From an uncultured Alphaproteobacteria bacterium (GTDB lineage: Bacteria > Pseudomonadota > Alphaproteobacteria > Rhodobacterales > Rhodobacteraceae): a stretch of DNA of 64,000 nucleotides. Shown piece after piece: positions 19,430-30,355 of this stretch (the first letter of the stretch is position 1; each line of letters starts with the position of its first letter). The notes beneath the pieces were generated by a model. That model was not told the DNA's origin, did no database searches, and worked only from the letters and a program-made list of their open reading frames with translations. The position numbers and the translations under genes were made by a program. The stretch covers positions 3,201-67,200 of the forward strand of contig CACHMT010000007.1 of the NCBI GenBank assembly GCA_902581005.1. Reading direction: 5' to 3'.

Positions 19430-21323
19430 TCAGCTAGTTCTTTGCAGATTTAATAAGGTGCTTTCTATTAACCTTTCGTTTACATTTATATCAGCATTTT
19501 GCTTTATAAAGTTTAAATAATTATTTATAAAATTTTGTCGTAAGCTTCTTTTGAAAAATTCTTTTCGCTGTGCTGTCAGTGTGCTCTTTAGCTCATTGTC
19601 TATATCGTCAGGTGTTATAGTTTCAATAAAAGCTAGAAAAAGTTTATCGCCATCATAGAAGAATAAATATTCCTTTTCTTCAAGAGAAAATATTCGCGCC
19701 ATAAGTTCTTGAGTCATTTGAGTATCTAGATTAAACCTAAAAACCTTTTTATTCTTAATCTCTATAAAGATGTCTTCACGACTATTCATTTCAAATAATT
19801 GGTTTAGGAAGCTTTCGTTATTTATATTTAATTTTTTATCGAAGTAAGACTTTGCTGCAATAAGTATATTTTCTTTACGCAAAACCTTCTCTATATCTCC
19901 TGATACTTCTGTCAAACCTAAACTTCTAGACTTTATTTCTTTGTCTAGTTTCGCAGCAATTAATGAATTATCAGTTAATACTATGAATTCATTAATTTGA
20001 TCACTTGCGTTGTCGAATAATGCTTTCGCGTTCGGATCACTTTTAAACCTGTCTGGTAATTCATTGTTTTCAATTTCTAGTAACTCTAATGAAATTGAAA
20101 ATCTTGACGCCAAATCTTCTAAAGTCTGCCCAGCAGCAACTTCATTATTGAGATCTTCTAGGATTCTAAAAGTTTCATTTTTAGCTTTCTCAGACGCAAG
20201 AAGATTTCTTATATCATTTTTAGCATCAGAAAAAGTTGTTTGATTCTCCGCAATAATCTCTCTAACTCTGTAAATTGCCAAACCTAAATCTGTTTCATAA
20301 GGGCCATAAACCCCAATATTTTCTTCACGAAATATTTTCATGAGATTATCATTCTCCATAGAGCTTGATTTATTTACATACCCTAAAGTAACGTCATCTG
20401 TCTTTAAGCCTCTGGATACAATCTCCTCGTCGAATAGTATTGGGTTAGATTTTATTTCTTGGATACGTTTGTCGCTTTCATTGTCTGTATTGGAAAAATA
20501 TAGGATATCAATAAGACGTTTCTCTTCGTTTCGAAAACTAGCTATATTTTCATTATAGTAGTCTTTAATTGACTTTTTTTCTATGTTCTGTTTCTTCACA
20601 AATTTTTCAAAATCTATATATCCAATTTGGAATATTTTCTTATTTGGAGACTTAAATTTATCTTTTTTTCTCTTCAAAATATTTTGAAATATCCGTACTG
20701 TTAGGTTTCTTTGATACGTTCCTAAAAGTGTTTGCTTGAAGTTCTATAAACGAGACATATCTACTTTGGAAATAATGAGCCATAGATTTCTCTATCATCG
20801 TAGTGTCAATTTTTGAGGGTGCTTCGAAAACGTCTAGTATAAGGTCTCTGACAAGATCGCCCTTTAATGTTTTTTCAAACTCCTTAATCTCTACTCCAGT
20901 CGTAATAACATATCGCTTGTATTTTTCGATATCAAAATCTCCACTTATATTTTTAAAGGAATCAACTGTTTTTATATAGTCTGCAACGCTTTTATCCTCT
21001 CTAGAGATTTCGTTATTCTTAAAGAGATTATCAAAAATTTTTTTTGCTATAAGATCGTTCAAAGCTTTATTTATTAAACCATAATTCTTTGCTTCTTCTA
21101 TGGTTAACTTTACACTGTTTTGTTTTGAAAAATTGAGAAGTTCATTTTCTACACTTCTTACAAATTCATTGATAGATATTTTTTCTTTTCCTACGGTAGC
21201 TATGTTTCGTCCGGTAGAACCCAAAATTACATCTTGAATCCCAAATCCCGCTAAGCTTATTATTACAATGGATACCATTATCCATGCAAAAAACTTACTT
21301 ATATTTCCTTTAAGGCTTGCCAC
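19430..21323 (-). CDS. ppiD: PpiD-like periplasmic chaperone / parvulin-type peptidyl-prolyl isomerase, interrupted by a +1 frameshift at an A7 tract
   Basis: The N-terminal ORF (20658-21323) has one TM segment plus a SurA-N-like region. The C-terminal ORF (19430-20677) has a degenerate parvulin-like domain (GPYETDLGLAIYRVREI). The two ORFs overlap by 20 nt around T7 at 20663-20669. Together they give about 635 aa, the normal PpiD size. Confidence 0.75.
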
Positions 21324-21347
21324 ACTTTCTCCTATCGAACATTAATT

Positions 21348-22520
21348 TTATAAAACAAAATTTCTGAGTCTTTTGAACAAATCAATAATTTCTTCATATG
21401 TAGAATTTGCAAACGCAATTCTAATTGAGCGTTTCTCTTTTACAAAGAGGTTTTTTGGCTTAGGAAAAAACATTTCGCCTGGTATCGTAAGTATGTTTTG
21501 ATCAGCAAGAAGTTTTTTGGCTATTGATATAGAGTCCAACTTTGAATTATAACCTAGATACGCAAAATAACCGCCTATACCTAATAGTGACCAGTTTTCT
21601 ATATTTTGCAGCTCTTTTTCAAAAATATCTTTGAGTTTTTCTATCTTTAGCTTTTCTTTTGCCATAAATTCCTGCAAATTGAGCAAGCCAAAATATGCTG
21701 CTTTTTGGGCCAATCTATTTGGACAAATAGTAGTAGTATCAAGAAATTTTTCTACTTGCTTTATAAATGACTTAGAAGCAACCATTAGTCCCACGCGGTG
21801 TCCTGTTAATCTATAAACCTTTGAAAAAGAATAAAGTTGTATTAAATGATCACCCCAATTTCCTTCATAAAGAAAATTACTTTGTTTATTACCGAAGTTC
21901 TTATAGGTTTCATCAATTATCAATTTTAAATTATTGTCCCTAGCTAGATTGCTAATATTTTCAACCAATTTCGAAGGGTATTCAACACCTGTTGGGTTAT
22001 TAGGGGTGACGATAACAATAGCTTTTGTTTTTTTGTCGATAAGTTTCCTTGCTGTCTCAATATCAGGAAGCATATTTATATCGCAGGGTATAGGTATGAT
22101 ATTGATGCCTTGTATTGCTAACCACATTTCATGATTAAAATACCAAGGAACAGGTACAAGAATAGAGTCTCCTGCAGAAGCAATGGTTGATATTGCGGCG
22201 CAAAAAGCCTGATTGCAACCAGAAGTTATAGCCACGTTATTAATGCAGATCGCAGAACTATACTCTTCATTCCATAAATTTACTATCTCCTCTCTTAAAG
22301 GAATATCACCAAGAACATCTCCATATAAATGATTTTCTGTTAAAAGAGATTGTTCGGACAGATATTTCAGCAAGTTGTCAGGAGGTGGAGACATTGGTGC
22401 AGCTTGGCTAAGATTTAAGAGAGGATTTTGAGATGTCCTATGAAGTTTTAACCACTCTCTAACCTCCATAACTGGTGGTTTTTGAGTTGCTAAAACAAAC
22501 TTATTTAGTTGTTCATCCAA
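21348..22520 (-). CDS. PLP-dependent aminotransferase, class I/II
   Basis: 390 aa with TPNNPTG and the PLP-lysine motif YSFSKVYRLTGHRVG. Substrate not assignable. Confidence 0.8.
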   Translation of the reverse strand: MDEQLNKFVLATQKPPVMEVREWLKLHRTSQNPLLNLSQAAPMSPPPDNLLKYLSEQSLLTENHLYGDVLGDIPLREEIVNLWNEEYSSAICINNVAITSGCNQAFCAAISTIASAGDSILVPVPWYFNHEMWLAIQGINIIPIPCDINMLPDIETARKLIDKKTKAIVIVTPNNPTGVEYPSKLVENISNLARDNNLKLIIDETYKNFGNKQSNFLYEGNWGDHLIQLYSFSKVYRLTGHRVGLMVASKSFIKQVEKFLDTTTICPNRLAQKAAYFGLLNLQEFMAKEKLKIEKLKDIFEKELQNIENWSLLGIGGYFAYLGYNSKLDSISIAKKLLADQNILTIPGEMFFPKPKNLFVKEKRSIRIAFANSTYEEIIDLFKRLRNFVL

Positions 22521-22528
22521 GGTGTAAA

Positions 22529-24494
<1,966 letters not shown>

Positions 24495-24571
24495 ATAAGA
24501 CCTCTAATATGTAACGAAACAACGTTACATCAATCATTTCAAAATTAATAGAAAAACGTACAAGACGCTTT

Positions 24572-24597
24572 AAGGCGTAAGAGCTTGCTTACGCCTT
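24572..24597 (-). terminator. perfect 10-bp stem-loop 19 nt downstream of the glnA stop
   Basis: AAGGCGTAAG-agcttg-CTTACGCCTT read directly. It is the only GC-rich hairpin in the spacer. There is no immediate U-run on the minus strand, so terminator function is provisional. Confidence 0.5.
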
Positions 24598-24615
24598 TCT
24601 AAGTGTTTAAAAATT

Positions 24616-26022
24616 TTAGAGCGAATAATAGAGACCATATTCTACCGGATGAGGTGTATGCTCGACAGCATATACCTCTTCCCACTTAAGATCCATGTAT
24701 CCTTCTAGTTGATCAACGTTGAAAACATCTCCCTGAAGAAGAAATTCATGGTCATTTTCCAAGCTATTCAAAGCCTCCCTGAGACTACCACACACTGTGG
24801 GAATAGATGCTAATTCGTCTGGAGGTAGATCGTATAAATCTTTAGTTGCAGCCTCTCCTGGATCAATTTTGTTCTTTATTCCGTCCAAGCCAGCCATTAA
24901 CAATGCTGCAAAAGAAAGATATGGGTTGGCTGTAGGATCTGGGAATCTAGCTTCTACTCTCGTTGCTTTGGATGACTCCACGTACGGAATTCTGATACTA
25001 GCAGACCTATTCTTCGCTGAAAATGCAAGTAAAACAGGAGCTTCAAATCCAGGAATCAATCTCTTATACGAGTTGGTCGAGGGGTTTGTAAAAGCATTCA
25101 AGGCCTTGGCATGCTTCAGTATTCCGCCTATGTAATATAGCGCATTTTTTGACAATCCTGCATATTCTTTACCAGCGAAAACTGGGCTGTTTCCATCCCA
25201 GATTGACATGTTTGTATGCATTCCTGTTCCATTGTCATTGGCAATTGGTTTTGGCATAAAAGTAGCGGACTTTCCGTAAGAGTGAGCTACATTCTGGATT
25301 ACGTACTTATATTTTTGTAGATTATCTCCCTGAGCTTTCAGCGAATCGAAAACAAGACCAAGCTCATGCTGACATGAAGCTACCTCGTGATGATGTTTGT
25401 CAACTTTCATTCCCATTCTTTTCATCGTAGACAGCATCTCCGATCTAATATCCTGACCAGCATCGGTTGGATTCACTGGAAAATAGCCGCCCTTAACGCC
25501 TGGCCTGTGACCCATATTTCCCATTTCATAGCTTGTATCGGTATTCCATGATGCATCCATAGCGTCTACCTCGAAGCTAACCTTATTCATTGAGTTTGAA
25601 AACTTAACATCGTCGAAAAGAAAAAATTCTGCTTCTGGCCCAAAAAATGCTTTTGTTCCGATTTTAGTTTTTTTGAGGTATTCTTCCGCTTTTACGGCCG
25701 TACTTCTCGGGTCTCTTCCATAGAGTTTTCCACTCTCTGGTTCTACGACATTACAATGCAAACAATATGTCTTTTCCGAATAAAATGGGTCAAGATAGCC
25801 AGAATTAAGGTCCGGCATTAGCTTCATATCCGACTCATTAATGGACTTCCAGCCAGCTATAGAAGATCCATCAAACATCCACCCGCTTTTAAGGAAACCT
25901 TCGTCTACTTCGGAAGCCATTACAGTTACGTGTTGAAGCTTTCCCCTAGGGTCAGTAAACCTCATATCAACGTATTCATAATCACCTTTCTTAATTTCAC
26001 TTAGTACTTTTTTAATAGTCAT
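24616..26022 (-). CDS. glnA: glutamine synthetase type I
   Basis: 468 aa with FDGSSI, MPKPI..DNGTGMHTN, SYKRLIPGFEAPV and RSASIRIP motifs. Adenylylation-site context NPYL is present. Confidence 0.96.
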   Translation of the reverse strand: MTIKKVLSEIKKGDYEYVDMRFTDPRGKLQHVTVMASEVDEGFLKSGWMFDGSSIAGWKSINESDMKLMPDLNSGYLDPFYSEKTYCLHCNVVEPESGKLYGRDPRSTAVKAEEYLKKTKIGTKAFFGPEAEFFLFDDVKFSNSMNKVSFEVDAMDASWNTDTSYEMGNMGHRPGVKGGYFPVNPTDAGQDIRSEMLSTMKRMGMKVDKHHHEVASCQHELGLVFDSLKAQGDNLQKYKYVIQNVAHSYGKSATFMPKPIANDNGTGMHTNMSIWDGNSPVFAGKEYAGLSKNALYYIGGILKHAKALNAFTNPSTNSYKRLIPGFEAPVLLAFSAKNRSASIRIPYVESSKATRVEARFPDPTANPYLSFAALLMAGLDGIKNKIDPGEAATKDLYDLPPDELASIPTVCGSLREALNSLENDHEFLLQGDVFNVDQLEGYMDLKWEEVYAVEHTPHPVEYGLYYSL

Positions 26023-26059
26023 TAATTAATCCCTTTCAAAGTTTGAATTACAGTTCAAT

Positions 26060-26515
<456 letters not shown>

Positions 26516-26634
26516 CTAAAAATTAGGCGAAATGAAATCATATTTTCGTCTTTTTTATCTAATACTTTAAAAAATAATGAAAGTAGTTTTTTTTATTTTA
26601 ATTTTCATTATTGTTGCTATTACTTAAATTATTC

Positions 26635-26719
26635 GCGGGTGTGGCGAAATTGGTAGACGCACCAGATTTAGGTTCTGGCGCCTTAGGGCGTGTAGGTTCA
26701 AGTCCTATCACCCGCACCA
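26635..26719 (+). tRNA. tRNA-Leu (anticodon UAG)
   Basis: 85 nt, folded by hand. Acceptor stem GCGGGTG/CACCCGC. Anticodon stem CCAGA/TCTGG with loop TTTAGGT. Long variable arm (CGCCTTAGGGCGT). T-arm GTAGG-TTCAAGT-CCTAT. Discriminator A plus encoded CCA. Confidence 0.95.
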
Positions 26720-26915
26720 TTTAATAGCTAATCTTTTGTTTTCTATGCACTTTGTGTTAATTGCCCGTGAGGGTAGACAAGGGGTGCGTTTAGCAATCAT
26801 AAACAGGCACAGTCAATGAATGTTTTTAGACATGTTTAATGAATGGTATAAACCTAACGAGGTTACTTTTCAAGACCTACAGGAAAGGGGTAACCCAGCC
26901 AATGCTAGAAAAGTT

Positions 26916-27305
26916 TTACAACTTACCTTCCTCTCTTAATTTTTTTCTTATCTTAGTTGCACTGATCTCATGGACTGTTTTATCAAAGACTTCCTCTTCA
27001 AAAGTATAACCAACACCTCTCCCATATGTGATATTAATAATGTTGGGTACCAACATAATCTCGTACTCAGTACCCCTCTTGAAACCATCTTCAAGTAACC
27101 CTTTTTCAATATTTGAGCATACAGTACTCCAATCAAATGGATTATCATCTTGACCAATACCTCCAGATACACCTTGAACATCTCTTACTTGAATAATAAC
27201 TTGTCCTGTCTTCGCCACGCATCTTTTGAAAAGTGCTTGGTGACCGTCATGCCATGGTTGCCATCTTCCTAACATTTGTACCGTTGGTTTTTTCCAATCA
27301 AACAT
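26916..27305 (-). CDS. minimal HxGH nucleotidyltransferase (cytidylyltransferase-like / NMNAT-like superfamily), 129 aa
   Basis: GRWQPWHDGH matches the (G)RFQPxHxGH nucleotide-binding motif. The C-terminal EISATKIRKKL matches the ISxTxIR motif of this superfamily. 8-nt overlap with the upstream kinase gene. Confidence 0.65.
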   Translation of the reverse strand: MFDWKKPTVQMLGRWQPWHDGHQALFKRCVAKTGQVIIQVRDVQGVSGGIGQDDNPFDWSTVCSNIEKGLLEDGFKRGTEYEIMLVPNIINITYGRGVGYTFEEEVFDKTVHEISATKIRKKLREEGKL

Positions 27306-27708
27306 TTTTTAATATCTCCTTTGCGATATCTTCATGATTATGATCATTCCATTCTGTAATATGAAAATTGACTTTATCAGGGTGCTGGAAAATTTTATTG
27401 GTATCTTCAAAGCGCCCCTCTTGAATGGTATCCATCCAAACAACAATATCTGCAGCAAAATTCTTCCTAGTCGCTCTAGTAGGACATACAAAATCACAAA
27501 CCACAAACCTTCCATGACTTTTTTCAAAATCTGCAAAAGTTCTCATTCTTTTTGATTGTCTATCTCTACCTTCATCAGAGAAATCCCAATCGTTTGCCAT
27601 TTTACGAACTACATCTGCGTTATACCAAGCAGCATTTATAAGAGGGACTAATCGCTCTGAAAGGTAAGTCTTACCACTGCCCGGTAGACCCATTACAAGT
27701 ATTTTCAT
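27298..27708 (-). CDS. small P-loop kinase, adenylylsulfate (APS) kinase-like, 136 aa
   Basis: Walker A [9 protein letters not shown]. By eye it aligns with CysC segments: [10 protein letters not shown] vs [30 protein letters not shown] vs [35 protein letters not shown] vs VVLTAFISPHRAERQ. Confidence 0.55.
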   Translation of the reverse strand: [136 protein letters not shown]

Positions 27709-27788
27709 TAAATCTAAATACCACAGTTTATTTAAATATCATTTTTGCTTTCTGCTTTTAAGCTATACTCAAAAAAAAAGTTTTTATA

Positions 27789-28664
27789 TTAAACAAAAGC
27801 CTCTTCGTAGATTTTATTATAGATGTCAAGTGCCCTGAAAAGGTTCCTGACACTTACCTGCATGCGCTGAATTTTATCTTGTGATATATTAAAGTCTGGC
27901 TGAGAAAGATGGTGATTTTCTTTCTGTAGTTTTGAAAGTGCTATTTTTTCACCCTCTAGGTTGAGTAGTCGTAAAGCATCAGGAGATTCAAGCAAATCCT
28001 TATATTTTATTGGCTTGACTATGGAATTTAGACTCTCCAAATAAGTGATTAGAGACTTATGATACAAATGTGCAATATTTGAAGAATATTTCCAATTATT
28101 CTCTAGCCTGAATTGATATTTTACATATTTATTGAAATCTTCTATCTTGCTAGCCCCTTGCCGAACAATCCGTAGAAACATTGAACAAAAGTGTTCAATG
28201 GGGTCCCTTAAACAAAGAATGATTTTTGGAGGTTCATTAGTCAATTTATTTACAGCTTTAACCAACGGTATTATACCAAATTGCCTACCTGCTTCGCTTC
28301 CACGAATGTTGTAGCTAGCGACAGTCAGTGTTAAAAATTCGGAAGACAAAATTGGAGGTAATTCAGATGACTCACTGGTTACTAGAAGCTTTTCCGTGGC
28401 TTTAAGTAGTTTAGAAAACCACTCGTCTTCACCGCCATTGGTTAAAGTGGCTGACGTGAATATTATTCGTGCAATTTCAGAGTTTGCTAATGTCTGTCCC
28501 TGATTAAGTTTATCTAGTAAATTGTACTCATTTTTTGTAAGCACACTGCTCATTCTATCTTTTGTATAGAGAGGATGGTGGCAATGTTTTGGGAAAAGTG
28601 TCTTTTGCAACGTTGTTGTGGCTGTTCTCGGTAATCCAGCGTGTATGATTATAGATGGATTCAT
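27789..28664 (-). CDS. sulfotransferase-family protein
   Basis: The N-terminal IIIHAGLPRTATTTL resembles the PAPS 5'-phosphosulfate-binding loop (xPK/RxGTTxL). CLRDPIEHFCSMF resembles the 3'-phosphate-binding RDPxxxxxS motif. 291 aa. Confidence 0.55.
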   Translation of the reverse strand: MNPSIIIHAGLPRTATTTLQKTLFPKHCHHPLYTKDRMSSVLTKNEYNLLDKLNQGQTLANSEIARIIFTSATLTNGGEDEWFSKLLKATEKLLVTSESSELPPILSSEFLTLTVASYNIRGSEAGRQFGIIPLVKAVNKLTNEPPKIILCLRDPIEHFCSMFLRIVRQGASKIEDFNKYVKYQFRLENNWKYSSNIAHLYHKSLITYLESLNSIVKPIKYKDLLESPDALRLLNLEGEKIALSKLQKENHHLSQPDFNISQDKIQRMQVSVRNLFRALDIYNKIYEEAFV

Positions 28665-28966
28665 TAAAAAACTTAAATAAACCTTATGAAGATTTTGTAT
28701 AGAAAATCTTGTTTATCATTGGAACGCTCTTAGCATACTATATAGTTATATAAAAAAGAATAAATTTAAATTTTTTTCAATCAAATAAAAAACATTAGCA
28801 TTTCTATGAAAATTTTTTTATTGATTAAGGTTAACACCCCATTTGCTGCACAATTCAAGAACAGACGAACTTATAGGGCTTGAGGTTGCAAAATTTACTA
28901 GTAAACGCATTGGTGTTTAATAAAATGGTTTAAGTAATAAAGCGTGAAATCATTGCATTTTAACTA

Positions 28967-29893
28967 TTACACTCTTAATATTGGTCTGGTTAAACAGGTA
29001 GGGCCTCCTTCACAACCAATGCACAAAGCGTCTCCATCAAACGTATATACAGTCACCCCTTTTTTTTCTAAAGCCTCTTTTGTTTTGGGGCAGCCAGAGA
29101 TCATTACACAAATTCCTGGGTTAATAGCAAGCACATTTATATTTAGGCCTTTACTAGAAATGAATTCATCTTCTGGCGCTTCAATTAGATCGTAACCTTT
29201 TTCTTCAAGTAATTGTACTAAACCTACAGGCAGAAGAGAAAAATACGCAAGAGCCTTTTTTTCATCGACTACACTGATGAGAGACATCATGTGTAGACAA
29301 GCCTCTCGTCCCAAAAAAAAAGGAAGATCGAAGGACACAACATTCACATTAAATTTGCTTAACATGCTTGTGATTTGTTCAATTGCAATTTGATTAGTTC
29401 TAAAGCCTTTTCCCATCACCAGGGTCTCTTTATCTAACCAGAACATATCTCCACCTTCAGCAATCGCCAATTCGGATAATTTTCCTATTATGGGAATATT
29501 ATTATTTTTGTAAAACTCCTCATGAATTTTTTCTTCTCCTTTTCTAAGTGATTTCCCGGGTGATAACAAAATTGCACCCTTTTGTGTCATAAATGATGGG
29601 TCATAAGTAAATATAGAGTCAGCGTTTTCATTGTTTTTGGGCGTCATCCATAAGACTTCTACATCCAAGCTATTTAAGATTTTTATAAACGAAAAGTAGT
29701 TTTTTTCTATCCTTGAGGGGTCAAATGCTTGGCCATAATGCCATTTGTTAGGATCGGCTCTTTTTAAAGCCTCCATGGGTTTTAACATTCCTACGGTTTT
29801 AAGCCTACTTACCATTGAAGAGACTCCAAATTCAATTTTTTTGCTGGAAAAGTGAGTTTTATTATTTTTCTTGCCACGCAAAATTTTATGCAA
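28967..29893 (-). CDS. amidinotransferase-superfamily enzyme (arginine deiminase / DDAH-like guanidino-group modifying enzyme)
   Basis: About 300 aa with the superfamily's C-terminal catalytic-Cys context (CIGCEGGPTCLTRPI) and internal AEGGDMFWL and GFRTN-type motifs. The real start may be an internal Met (MVSRLK...). Confidence 0.6.
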   Translation of the reverse strand: MHKILRGKKNNKTHFSSKKIEFGVSSMVSRLKTVGMLKPMEALKRADPNKWHYGQAFDPSRIEKNYFSFIKILNSLDVEVLWMTPKNNENADSIFTYDPSFMTQKGAILLSPGKSLRKGEEKIHEEFYKNNNIPIIGKLSELAIAEGGDMFWLDKETLVMGKGFRTNQIAIEQITSMLSKFNVNVVSFDLPFFLGREACLHMMSLISVVDEKKALAYFSLLPVGLVQLLEEKGYDLIEAPEDEFISSKGLNINVLAINPGICVMISGCPKTKEALEKKGVTVYTFDGDALCIGCEGGPTCLTRPILRV

Positions 29894-29932
29894 CCTAAAT
29901 TTTCGTATTTGGTATTTCTTAAAACTCGTTGG

Positions 29933-30355
29933 TTATAGTCTAGCATACGTGCAACTTATTTCAGCTGCTGATTTATTAGTTTCGAAATCTTTTATAGTAA
30001 TTCGACCTACGACAAGACGTTGGCCAAGTTTTAATATTTCTGTTTCAATTAAACCTCCACCTCGAAGCAAAGGCCGTAAATATTTACAAGAAATATCTAC
30101 AGTGGTTATTTCTTGGTACTTTCCGATTGCACTGATAACAGCTACAATCATTGCTGTATCTGCTGCACTAACTATAGCTTGGCCACAAATAATGTTTCCT
30201 GCTCTTACTAGTTTTTCACTGTAATTCAGAATAAACTTACACTTTAATTCAGAAATACTTACAATTTGAAGATCTAAATCTTGGATCCAGGGAGCAGTTA
30301 CGCTTGACAATAAATTTTGTGCTTCTTTAACTCCGAAGGTTTTTTGTTTTTCCAA
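29933..30355 (-). CDS. PaaI/YigI-family hot-dog thioesterase
   Basis: 140 aa with a hot-dog fold pattern, including the GNIICGQAIVSAADTAM central-helix motif typical of PaaI-type thioesterases. Confidence 0.65.
   Translation of the reverse strand: MEKQKTFGVKEAQNLLSSVTAPWIQDLDLQIVSISELKCKFILNYSEKLVRAGNIICGQAIVSAADTAMIVAVISAIGKYQEITTVDISCKYLRPLLRGGGLIETEILKLGQRLVVGRITIKDFETNKSAAEISCTYARL

Noticed and set aside
26948-27555. Alternate-frame ORFs inside the island kinase and transferase genes (26948-27181 -, 27309-27536 -, 27334-27555 +).
   Set aside because: They have no motifs. The frames carrying Walker A and HxGH signatures explain the region, so there is no evidence for overlapping genes.
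26916-27708. Using base composition alone to call the kinase/transferase pair horizontally acquired.
   Set aside because: My hand counts (about 38-45% G+C per 60 nt) exceed many neighbouring lines. Conserved core genes such as glnA reach about 37%, so the difference is not decisive without a proper genome-wide calculation.
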